From an uncultured Candidatus Berkelbacteria bacterium (lineage in GTDB: Bacteria > Patescibacteriota > UBA1384 > CAJBMM01): a stretch of DNA of 64,000 bases. Position numbers and translations under genes: made by a program. The stretch is from assembly GCA_903954185.1 (NCBI GenBank), contig CAJBMM010000005.1:1768-65767 (forward strand), in the 5' to 3' direction. Shown here one piece after another: positions 7,093 to 15,699 of the stretch. Below the pieces are notes generated by a model. That model made no database searches, had not been told where the DNA came from, and saw nothing but the letters and a program-made list of their open reading frames with translations. The first letter of the stretch is position 1. Each line of letters starts with the position of its first letter.

Positions 7093-9954
7093 TTATTTAA
7101 CTTGGGTAGCATACTCAACCACAATAGTTCCGTTTGCAGGTACTGTTAGGGGTGATATTGAGATGGTACTAGTATTAACATCGTTTATTGCTAATTCAGT
7201 ATTGTTACCGCCGCTTACAACTACAATATTTTTGTCTCCATTATATTTAAACAATGTCATACCATCTATCGGCAAGGTATCAGTAACTGAAACACCTGTC
7301 ATTGCACTAGATGATAGATTAGTTACATATATTTTAACTCTAATATATTTACCAGTTGTAAGAGTCAGGCCGTTATACCAATTTCCGTCACTGGTAATTG
7401 AATCTCTATTTGATGGACTACCAGTATTATACTGTTGCACCTGCTTTGAAATCTGCAAATTTGATCCGCTAGATTCGCCACCGCTACAATATGTTGCCCC
7501 TAAATCGATAATTCCCGGTTCCCCACCGCTACCCCCAGCACTAATTTTTAGATTGTTAGAGGAGTTCATAAATCCACTAGGCTTACAAAAATCTACGCCT
7601 TTTGGCCAAGCGCTCGAGTCACCAACGTTAACTAGCGTAGAAGTATAACTAGAAGCCGAAACCCTAACTAACCCACCACCCCCATTACCAGGGACTGCAT
7701 AACAATCCAATGATGTGCTTGGACAATCTGTGCCGTCTGTCCATTTTTGACCAAAACTACTTCCGCCAACGGCGTATAGGTTTGAATTTGACGATAAGTC
7801 AAACACACCAGTCACTTTTACATTTATACTTCCGCCACCGCCCGCTCCTGCTCCAGATGAACCAGAGACACCCGATGCAGATATTGTAGAACTATTCATG
7901 GTTAAATTACCACCAACTGTTAATTTAACAGACCCCCCGCCTGATCCGCCAATTTCTATAGGGTAAGCTGAGCTAGTCGCACCGCCACCACCCATTGCCA
8001 TCGCAACTGCATCAAAAGCAGCTCCATTATACGCACCGCGATACGATGTGCCATTTAAAGTAGCAGTCTGATCCCCTGGACCCGCAATCCCAGGTGCATC
8101 CCCGCCGCTATCGATACCTCCACCATAGCCCAAATATCCTCCACCACCCAAACCGGGCCTACCCATGTTACCAACTGAGTTATTACCCACCCTCACGTCA
8201 GCAATAGATGCGGTATATGATCCGCCACCATAGCCTATCACTCCACCGCCACCACCACCAGAATGCTGAGGTGAAGCATGGCCACTATGTCCGCCGCCGC
8301 CACCATTTCCTTCTGCCCAGTTTGAACCAAATTCAGTCCAATCGTTATGCAATATTGGATAGTAACCAAATAAAGTATCTTTTGCTTTTCCACCAATACC
8401 CGGCACAGAAACTCCATTTAATAGGTAATTCACTCCGCCAGGTAAACCTTTTCCGCTAACATCAACTGAACCACCGCTTGCAATATTTACATTTCCCGAT
8501 GTTGCTAATCTTATACCGCTCTTTATGCCAGTACTGACTGCATCACTATGGTTTTGTAATTTATAGTTTTGCAAGTAGTGAGGTTGATACTCTACAGCGC
8601 CTTCTATAAATAACCCAAAGCTATACCCCGAGCCATCACCACGCACGGTATTAGAAAATGGATTTCCCGCAGTATCTAACGCACCCCCACCTGGCACTCC
8701 GTAATTGAATACAAATTTTTGGGTGGCTGCACCCCTAGCCTGCATAAAGCCACTAAATGTACCATTATCCATCAAATTTACACGTGAGAAAAAGTGATAA
8801 TCTGGAGGTTGAGCTAAACCATAACCACTACCATTCCAAAGATAAGTTTTATCCAAAGTATGGTTAATTACAGCTGCTCTTTGGCCAGTGGTCTCTTGAG
8901 CGTATTCAAATCTACTATATCCAGAGCCAGCAATATCTACTTTCCCGACATTTACTCCACTTTCTTGTGGTGCAAATAACCACGCTACGGGTAAATATCC
9001 ATCATAAATAATTTTAACAGTACCACCTGTTGCATTTTGATCAACCACTCTTATCCATAATGAAGCAATATGATCGGTATCTACGTCTGCCGCACTGATT
9101 CTTATTGGCATATACTGTGCATTACCGGCATAAGTAGTGCCAACATAAAGTGTCTTTTCACCACCATTTAATAATGTGCGATCTCCTCCGCAAGTATCCG
9201 TTGTTGTTCTAAATGAAGAGTGTAATTTTTCACAATTTCCGTTTGCTAAGCCGTTACCATAAACACTCTGTGACCAAGTAACAGCATCAATTGCAGGCCC
9301 ACTATCACTCGCTACGCTTCCAATATCAACGGCAGTAGCATCATTGTAACCGGATGCTCTCAGTAAAAATGCCCTCTTAGTAGCGCCAGCAGTTTGAACT
9401 TGCATGTCGAAGTATAAAAACCCAGTATATCTACTTACAAAGTAGTCACTACGTGAAGCGTATGGCACTGCATTACCACGAGAATCGGTAGGTGCAGAGG
9501 TAACCTTGGCATTATTTTGCACCAACATACTTTTCACAGAGACATCGCCAACTAAAGTTAGGGTAGCACTGTCGTTTACTGTAATTTCTAAATCGGTAGG
9601 AGTAGTTGTGCAAGCTTTGCCCCTATATGGCGAAACAACTGTATTATTAGCAAAAGTGTATTTAAAATTATCTGCAGACCAGCGGTTCATTGGCCACAAA
9701 CAGGTACCGTCTACTGTACCATTATTTATAAGCATGTAGCTAGCCTCGGACCCAACAATATTTATTGAGTTTCCGGCCCAACTTCCGTCTGCTGCAAAAA
9801 CTTGTTTTTGCACATTATTAAATGAGAAGAATGTCAAGCCCACAAGTACAGCAACGATGGTCGTTATTGAAATATAGCGCTGGGCATGTACATGACGTAC
9901 TTTCCACCACCAAAAGCGCAAATCTGCCTTAACCTGATTTATTCGATCGTTCAT
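7093..9954 (-). CDS. large membrane-anchored glycine-rich surface protein (953 aa) with C-terminal DUF11-like 'conserved repeat domain'
   Basis: Single N-terminal TM helix (ITTIVAVLVGLTFFSF). Extended Gly runs (GGGGGHSGHASPQHSGGGGGGVIGYGGGSY; GGGGYLGYGGGIDSGGDAPG). The C-terminal ~90 aa (IRVKIYVTNLSSSAMTGVSVTDTLP...) resemble the DUF11/CARDB-type repeat of cell-surface proteins. Confidence 0.55.
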   Translation of the reverse strand: MNDRINQVKADLRFWWWKVRHVHAQRYISITTIVAVLVGLTFFSFNNVQKQVFAADGSWAGNSINIVGSEASYMLINNGTVDGTCLWPMNRWSADNFKYTFANNTVVSPYRGKACTTTPTDLEITVNDSATLTLVGDVSVKSMLVQNNAKVTSAPTDSRGNAVPYASRSDYFVSRYTGFLYFDMQVQTAGATKRAFLLRASGYNDATAVDIGSVASDSGPAIDAVTWSQSVYGNGLANGNCEKLHSSFRTTTDTCGGDRTLLNGGEKTLYVGTTYAGNAQYMPIRISAADVDTDHIASLWIRVVDQNATGGTVKIIYDGYLPVAWLFAPQESGVNVGKVDIAGSGYSRFEYAQETTGQRAAVINHTLDKTYLWNGSGYGLAQPPDYHFFSRVNLMDNGTFSGFMQARGAATQKFVFNYGVPGGGALDTAGNPFSNTVRGDGSGYSFGLFIEGAVEYQPHYLQNYKLQNHSDAVSTGIKSGIRLATSGNVNIASGGSVDVSGKGLPGGVNYLLNGVSVPGIGGKAKDTLFGYYPILHNDWTEFGSNWAEGNGGGGGHSGHASPQHSGGGGGGVIGYGGGSYTASIADVRVGNNSVGNMGRPGLGGGGYLGYGGGIDSGGDAPGIAGPGDQTATLNGTSYRGAYNGAAFDAVAMAMGGGGATSSAYPIEIGGSGGGSVKLTVGGNLTMNSSTISASGVSGSSGAGAGGGGSINVKVTGVFDLSSNSNLYAVGGSSFGQKWTDGTDCPSTSLDCYAVPGNGGGGLVRVSASSYTSTLVNVGDSSAWPKGVDFCKPSGFMNSSNNLKISAGGSGGEPGIIDLGATYCSGGESSGSNLQISKQVQQYNTGSPSNRDSITSDGNWYNGLTLTTGKYIRVKIYVTNLSSSAMTGVSVTDTLPIDGMTLFKYNGDKNIVVVSGGNNTELAINDVNTSTISISPLTVPANGTIVVEYATQVK

Positions 9955-10159
9955 AACTTACCCTCCTAATATTTACTTACGTATGAGCAAGGTCATCTAT
10001 TGAAATCGACAGGATCTCTCGCCCCGCTAAGCGGGGCATACGAGACGCTTAGCGTTTCGTCGAACTCGAGATGACATTGAACGAGTATCTTACGATACGC
10101 GTTTCATGCTTCATGCTATACAAAATATGCCTTACATCTATTATATATTATCGATTAAG

Positions 10160-10370
10160 TAGTACAAGAGCTGGGGGCATAGAGCATGAAACATTGTGCT
10201 TGATTCCAGCCAGACTAAAGTCTGTGCTCCGAGTTAACCCCGAAGAACACACTTTAGTGTCGTTTGCCAAGCTCCCGTCCTTCACTAAAGTTACGGAGGG
10301 CAAGAAAGCTTGTACTCCGTCGCCGTTTGGAGAACATACTTTAGTGTGGCCACGTTAAAACGTGTTCTAC
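10160..10370. repeat. dispersed repeat family B copy (modules cagacTTTAGTCTGg, cccgtccttcactaaagttacggagggcaag, agcttgtact)
   Basis: Closely related copies at 23991..24100, 26386..26565 and 28600..28705. Confidence 0.7.
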
Positions 10371-10508
10371 AAGAAATTCTTCCACAATTCTCCATTCTGC
10401 ATTCTGCACCCGTGGTGAGCCTGTCGAACACATTCTTCATTTTCCATTCTCTCCCTACTTGATACTTGCTCTTTAAACGGCTTAAATTAATAGTAAGGAG
10501 ATAAATTT

Positions 10509-11891
10509 ATGACAGATAAAATACCTCGTTACAATACTGCTGAAAGAATTGTTGAATCACCAGCACGCGCGCTAGAAAAAACTGTTGATGCAATTGGTGT
10601 AGCCAATAGATACGTAACCTCTAATGGCCCAATAAAAAAAGCCAAAGAATACTGGCAAACTTTAGGGCCTGGGCTAACCACTGGTGCCGCAGACGATGAC
10701 CCGTCGGGAATTGCTACGTATTCACAAACTGGTGCAAAATATGGCTTTCAACTAATTTGGCTAGCAGGCTTTACATATCCTTTAATGGCAATTATTCAAG
10801 AAATGTGCGCTCGAATTGGCATTGTTACAGGGCGCGGTTTAGCATCTACAATTCGCCATCAATTCCCTAAACCCGTACTTTTACTTTGCGCCACTCTACT
10901 TTTTGCCGCTAACTCTTTTAATATTGGCGCCGATTTAGGCGCAATGGCTAAAGCTATTCAATTATTTAAACCAGAGCTTAGCTATAATTTGCTCATAGTA
11001 TTTTTTGCACTTATAAGTTTAAGTTTGCAAATTTTTATTCCTTATAAAATTTATTCAAAATATTTGAAATGGTTAGCACTGGTTTTATTTGCCTATGTAC
11101 TTTCTGCCTTATTAGTCGGCCTAGATTGGCATGCTGTACTTAAGGCTGCCGTAATTCCTTCTCTAAAAGCTGATAAAGATCAAATTATTTTGATTTGCGG
11201 TATTTTAGGCACCACAATATCGCCATATTTATTCTTTTGGCAAACTTCGCAAGAAGTTGAAGAAAAAATAATGGGCGGACAAACCTCTATCAAGCTTCGT
11301 AAAAGCGATGTTACCAACGAGGAAATCAAAAAAATGCGAATTGATATTTGGTCTGGAATGCTGCTATCTAACGCCGCCATGTTCTTTATTATTGCTGCGT
11401 GTGCCGCAACATTATTTAACTTTGGCAATACAAACATTGGCACAGCTGCCGATGCAGCCGAGGCATTAAGACCACTAGCTGGTGACGGAGCTTTCTTGTT
11501 GTTTGCTTTAGGCATTATTGGGGTGGGGCTTTTAGCCATACCCGTGCTGGCTGGCTCTGCTAGTTACGCAATTGCAGAAAGTTTTGGTTGGAAAGAAGGA
11601 TTATTTTACAAGCTTAATGAGGCATATGCATTTTACGGCGTCATTATCATCTCTATGCTATTTGGCCTTGGTATTAACTTTTTTGGACTAGATCCAATAA
11701 AAACGTTAATTTATTCTGCCGTCGCAAACGGTTTGGTTGCCCCAGTTATATTAGTTATAATTGTTTTGATAAGTAGCAATAAAAAAATCATGGGAAGCAG
11801 AGTTAATCACCCAGTTACCACAATAATTGGGTGGCTAATTACCGCTGGCATGATCATCGCAGGATTAGCCACAATATACTCATTCTTTTAA
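10509..11891 (+). CDS. NRAMP-family divalent metal cation transporter (MntH-like)
   Basis: N-terminal GPGLTTGAADDDPSGIATYSQTGAKYGFQLIW resembles the NRAMP signature (GPG...DPGN-IAT...GA.YG..LLW). About 11 predicted TM helices. RBS AAGGAG precedes the ATG. Confidence 0.6.
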   Translation: MTDKIPRYNTAERIVESPARALEKTVDAIGVANRYVTSNGPIKKAKEYWQTLGPGLTTGAADDDPSGIATYSQTGAKYGFQLIWLAGFTYPLMAIIQEMCARIGIVTGRGLASTIRHQFPKPVLLLCATLLFAANSFNIGADLGAMAKAIQLFKPELSYNLLIVFFALISLSLQIFIPYKIYSKYLKWLALVLFAYVLSALLVGLDWHAVLKAAVIPSLKADKDQIILICGILGTTISPYLFFWQTSQEVEEKIMGGQTSIKLRKSDVTNEEIKKMRIDIWSGMLLSNAAMFFIIAACAATLFNFGNTNIGTAADAAEALRPLAGDGAFLLFALGIIGVGLLAIPVLAGSASYAIAESFGWKEGLFYKLNEAYAFYGVIIISMLFGLGINFFGLDPIKTLIYSAVANGLVAPVILVIIVLISSNKKIMGSRVNHPVTTIIGWLITAGMIIAGLATIYSFF

Positions 11892-11899
11892 GGAGAAAA

Positions 11900-13867
11900 G
11901 TGAACACTTCTGAAACAGAAAGCGCAGCAAGATGGATGAGATATTGGATTTTAAAGATGACCACTCGGGCTGAATCTGGACATGTTACATCATCTTTATC
12001 TGCTGTTGATATTTTAGCCGCCATAATGGATAGCGGTTTTATTTACGATGTAGAAAACCCGCATAACCAAAATAATGACCGATTAATCTTTTCTAAAGGC
12101 CATGCAACCCCGTTATATTACTCTTTTTGGGCACTGACCAGTGGTATCGAACCCGAACAATTGCTTGAATATCGTCAGTTTGGCTCTATATTAGAAGGCC
12201 ATCCAACACCGCAATTCATCCATACTATTGCGGCAACTGGTTCTTTAGGAATGGGGCTTGGGATAGGCACAGGAGTAGCTTTAGGATTTAAAAAATTGAA
12301 ATCTACAGGAAAAGTTTGGGTGTTATTAGGTGATGGAGAGCTAGCAGAAGGTTCGGTGTGGGAAAGCGCAGCCTTCGCATCGCAAAACAATCTTAACAAT
12401 TTAATCGCTATTGTAGATATCAATCGGCTTGGCCAATCTGGCGAAACTGCATATGGATGGAACGATAGTGTGTATAAGCAACGTTTTGAGGCATGGGGCT
12501 GGAAAACCATAATTGTTGATGGTCACAATATCAAAGATATTAAGCGAGGCTTGCATGAAGCGTCTCAAATTAGCAATACGCCAATTGTAATTCTAGCGAA
12601 AACTATTAAAGGTAGGGGCGTGTCTTTTTTAGAGAATATCGAAGGGTGGCATGGTAAGGCGTTAAATGAGGAAGAATGCAAACGCGCTTTAGCCGAACTG
12701 GGTGATATAAAACATAATTTACAAATAAAGTTAACAGCACCAAAAACGACGATGCATATAAATCGGAAGGTGGCTCCCGAAATACTGTCATCCTCGACTA
12801 GCCTATTCGAGGATCCAAAAACTAATAATTATGTGGATTCCTGCTTTCGCAGGAATGACGGCCAAAAGAATGGCGATAATTCAAATATAAAAGAACATAT
12901 TCCAAATCCTCTACAACCTACAACCCACAACCCACAACCTGACATTTCGCCTCGTGAAGCAATAGGCCATCAACTTGCCATCGCTGCAGAAGATGATGAT
13001 CGGCTACTCATTATCGATGGTGATGTAAAAAATTCCACACATTCTGAAATTGTCAGCCAAAAAACTCCTGAGCAACTTATAGAATGCTATATCGCCGAGC
13101 AACAAATGGTCGAGCTAGCCATTGGACTAGATAAAATTGGTTTTGCGCCTGTAGTAGATACATTCGCAGCATTTTTAACCAGAGCTCATGACCAAATTCG
13201 CATGGCTGCAATCTCTAAATCGAATATAATATTTATTGGCACTCATGTTGGTATTTCCATTGGAAAGGATGGTCCAAGCCAAATGGGTTTGGAAGATATT
13301 GCTATGTTTCGCCCGTTAGTCGATTCCACCATCGTCTCCCCTGCCGATACTCATAGTGCAATCCAGCTAACTACTCAATTAATCGGTTGTCGCGGAATTA
13401 GATATATTAGAGCCTTACGTGAAGTAACGCCTTGCATATACAATCAAAAAGACCAAATTGAGGTTGGCAAATGGCATGTCTTAAAAAACACATCTAAATC
13501 GCAAGTTGCCATTCTTGCTACTGGCATATCTGTACACAGCGCGCTTAAAGCACATGATAAATTGCTAAGCGATAACATTCCCACTATGATTGTGGATTGC
13601 TATAGTATTAAACCGCTGGATAAAGATAAACTAATAGAAATTGCTACCAAATTTAGACATATAATCATTGTCGAAGATCATTATTATCAAGGCGGGCTAG
13701 GCGATTCAATACTAGAGGCATTAAGCGAATTAAACATCGTTATACCAAATGTTTACAAGATAGCCGTGCAAAATATACCCAGATCTGGCACACCAAAAGA
13801 TTTGATGCAAAACGAGGGTATTGACGAAAAAGGTATAATAAAAAAAGTAAAAATGATTGTAAAATAA
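11900..13867 (+). CDS. tkt: transketolase with N-terminal (TPP-binding) and C-terminal (pyrimidine-binding) halves fused through a ~55-aa linker encoded by a dispersed-repeat insertion
   Basis: N-terminal half: ESGHVTSSLSAVDILAAI, GHATPLYY, LGDGELAEGSVWE. C-terminal half: IAEQQMVELAIGL, GTHVGISIGKDGPSQMG, and C-terminal domain. Likely start is GTG 11900 preceded by AGGAG; the ORF track begins at 11831 and overlaps mntH. Linker 12780..12945 contains the intergenic repeat motif tatgtggattcctgctttcgcaggaatgac. Confidence 0.8.
   Translation: MNTSETESAARWMRYWILKMTTRAESGHVTSSLSAVDILAAIMDSGFIYDVENPHNQNNDRLIFSKGHATPLYYSFWALTSGIEPEQLLEYRQFGSILEGHPTPQFIHTIAATGSLGMGLGIGTGVALGFKKLKSTGKVWVLLGDGELAEGSVWESAAFASQNNLNNLIAIVDINRLGQSGETAYGWNDSVYKQRFEAWGWKTIIVDGHNIKDIKRGLHEASQISNTPIVILAKTIKGRGVSFLENIEGWHGKALNEEECKRALAELGDIKHNLQIKLTAPKTTMHINRKVAPEILSSSTSLFEDPKTNNYVDSCFRRNDGQKNGDNSNIKEHIPNPLQPTTHNPQPDISPREAIGHQLAIAAEDDDRLLIIDGDVKNSTHSEIVSQKTPEQLIECYIAEQQMVELAIGLDKIGFAPVVDTFAAFLTRAHDQIRMAAISKSNIIFIGTHVGISIGKDGPSQMGLEDIAMFRPLVDSTIVSPADTHSAIQLTTQLIGCRGIRYIRALREVTPCIYNQKDQIEVGKWHVLKNTSKSQVAILATGISVHSALKAHDKLLSDNIPTMIVDCYSIKPLDKDKLIEIATKFRHIIIVEDHYYQGGLGDSILEALSELNIVIPNVYKIAVQNIPRSGTPKDLMQNEGIDEKGIIKKVKMIVK
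12826..12859. repeat. dispersed palindromic repeat family A core (ttatgtRgattcctgc-ttcg-gcaggaatgac) located in frame inside tkt
   Basis: Near-identical to intergenic copies at 20607..20640, 24224..24256 and 24183..24207, and to reverse-orientation copies at 19249..19325, 29667..29745 and 59288..59435. Confidence 0.8.
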
Positions 13868-13878
13868 CGGAGGAACAA

Positions 13879-14289
13879 ATGCGCAAACTATACCGTAACC
13901 CAAAAAATGCCATTTTAGGAGGCGTTTGTACGGGGATTTCAGATTATATTAAAACAGATGTAACTATTATCCGAGTTTTATTTATCATATTCGCTGTTAT
14001 AGATGGGCTTGGAGTTCTTGTTTACCTTGTATTATGGATATTACTCCCTGTATTGCCTAATAACACAAAAAATACATCGGAAGAAGAGGTTGCTACTGAA
14101 ACTACAGTAGCCATCTCGCACAAAACTACCGAGTACAATTATCTCATTGGTATTGTTTTAGTCACAGCAGGAACATTACTTTTAATTGCCAACTTTATTC
14201 AACAATTTTTAATTATCGAAAAATTATGGCCACTAATATTTGTTGCTTTAGGCATTGGCATCTTATTAAATAATAAAAATAAGGAGTGA
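13879..14289 (+). CDS. PspC-domain membrane protein (phage-shock protein C family)
   Basis: N-terminus LYRNPKNAILGGVCTGISDYIKTDVTIIRVLFII is the PspC domain signature, followed by TM helices. RBS GGAGG. Confidence 0.7.
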   Translation: MRKLYRNPKNAILGGVCTGISDYIKTDVTIIRVLFIIFAVIDGLGVLVYLVLWILLPVLPNNTKNTSEEEVATETTVAISHKTTEYNYLIGIVLVTAGTLLLIANFIQQFLIIEKLWPLIFVALGIGILLNNKNKE

Positions 14290-14290
14290 T

Positions 14291-15187
14291 ATGAATGTTA
14301 GATTCTCGCTTGCAGGCTTAATACTTGTCGCGTTAGGAGTGTTATTACTCTTAGGCAACCTTAATTTATATCATTTTGATTGGAACTTTGTTTTAAGACT
14401 TTGGCCAATTTTGTTAATACTTTTTGGTCTTAAATATATTTTTGGCGAAAAAGGCGCTGGCTGGGCATCAATAATTGCCATAATTTTAATACTTGGTTTT
14501 CTATTTATCGTTGATGCATTTGGGCTGAACAGTGTTTCGTTAATTACCAAGCCAGAATTAAAATCGCAAACCATAACCGAGAATTATAGCGCTAGCTACG
14601 AAACAGCCAAATTATCACTTAATTTAGGCGCAGGCAATTTTAATATAGAGAATTCAACGAATAATCTAATAGATATTAATTCAGAAACTACGTTAGGCGA
14701 ATACAACCTAAATAAAAACACATCAGACAAGAATATTAATCTAAATTTAAGTTTAAATTCCAAACGTCATTTTTGGCTTAGCTCAATTAATAACGAAAAT
14801 AGCGCGATAATTAATTTAAATACCACACCAATTTGGACAATAGATAGTAAAATTGGTGCGTCAAATGTAAACTTCGATTTTTCTGAATATAAAATTTCCG
14901 CTTCATCATTCGAAATTGGCGCAGCCAATGCCTACATCAAATATGGTGATAAAACAAACGTTTCTTCTGCAACATTTGATACTGGAGCATCTAAAGTAAG
15001 TATAGATATCCCTAAAAGCTCGGGATGCGAAGCCAAATTTGATGTTGGCATTTCTGCAAAATATTTAACTGGTTTTGAGCAAAAAAGTGACAGCATTTAC
15101 CGCACGACTAATTTTGATTCCGCCACAAATAAAATATATCTAAATTTTAAAGCAGGTGTATCTAGTTTAAACATAGATCAGTACTAA
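14291..15187 (+). CDS. membrane protein, possibly LiaF/toastrack-like partner of PspC
   Basis: Three to four N-terminal TM helices, then a beta-rich Asn/Ser-rich C-terminal domain. Adjacent to and co-oriented with the PspC gene. Assignment is by context and composition only. Confidence 0.3.
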   Translation: MNVRFSLAGLILVALGVLLLLGNLNLYHFDWNFVLRLWPILLILFGLKYIFGEKGAGWASIIAIILILGFLFIVDAFGLNSVSLITKPELKSQTITENYSASYETAKLSLNLGAGNFNIENSTNNLIDINSETTLGEYNLNKNTSDKNINLNLSLNSKRHFWLSSINNENSAIINLNTTPIWTIDSKIGASNVNFDFSEYKISASSFEIGAANAYIKYGDKTNVSSATFDTGASKVSIDIPKSSGCEAKFDVGISAKYLTGFEQKSDSIYRTTNFDSATNKIYLNFKAGVSSLNIDQY

Positions 15188-15209
15188 ATTAGGTTTTAGG
15201 TTTTAGCTG

Positions 15210-15668
15210 TTAGCTTTTAAGATTATTTAAGAGATTCCTAGCTTTAATTATAAAGCTTAAATCGCGATTGTGAATAATTTTTTCAATATTGTCTTGTGGG
15301 TTTATGCGCTCAAAGGTGGTTATTGCCTCATCTACTGGCATCCAGATGACTTTAAAATTCCGCTCTATTTCACGCTTATCAAAGTTTGGCTCGCCTTTTT
15401 CTCCAACTAGCTTGCCAATAAAATATTTTGAGTGATAAGTGCGATCTTTTAGTGGGTGATAGAACGAAAAATCACCAATACATTCGCCCACGACTATCTT
15501 ACAACCCGCTTCTTCTAATACCTCACGATTAAGCGCTTGCATTTCGGTTTCACCTTCTTCAATGGTACCTCCCGGAATTTTATAGTACACCCCATTTTGC
15601 ACACTTAAAATGGGAGTATTCTTTTCATCGTCAAATATTATTGCCCTAACGGCAAATTTATCTTTCAT
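15210..15668 (-). CDS. NUDIX hydrolase
   Basis: Nudix box GGTIEEGETEMQALNREVLEEAGC (GX5EX7REUXEEXGU). Confidence 0.8.
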   Translation of the reverse strand: MKDKFAVRAIIFDDEKNTPILSVQNGVYYKIPGGTIEEGETEMQALNREVLEEAGCKIVVGECIGDFSFYHPLKDRTYHSKYFIGKLVGEKGEPNFDKREIERNFKVIWMPVDEAITTFERINPQDNIEKIIHNRDLSFIIKARNLLNNLKS

Positions 15669-15699
15669 AAAATCTCATTTGTTTGTAATAATCATATAA

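Noticed and set aside
4800-9954. A complete diversity-generating retroelement next to the Avd-like gene
   Set aside because: There is no reverse transcriptase ORF. I found no template/variable repeat pair, and the C-terminus of the neighbouring 588-aa gene does not look like a C-type-lectin variable region. It is kept only as a remnant hypothesis.
10071-10358. ORF-track ORFs lying inside repeat-dense intergenic DNA or antisense to long genes. Examples are 10071..10358, 16218..16688, 18069..18263, 19973..20519, 20485..20807, 21045..21329, 22370..22651, 24472..24844, 58817..59140 and the many short antisense ORFs inside pilB, the 953-aa gene, tkt and mrcA.
   Set aside because: - They overlap tRNAs, repeats or well-supported genes on the other strand.
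- They lack RBS or start context.
- They have repeat-derived low-complexity translations.
- They are treated as spurious.
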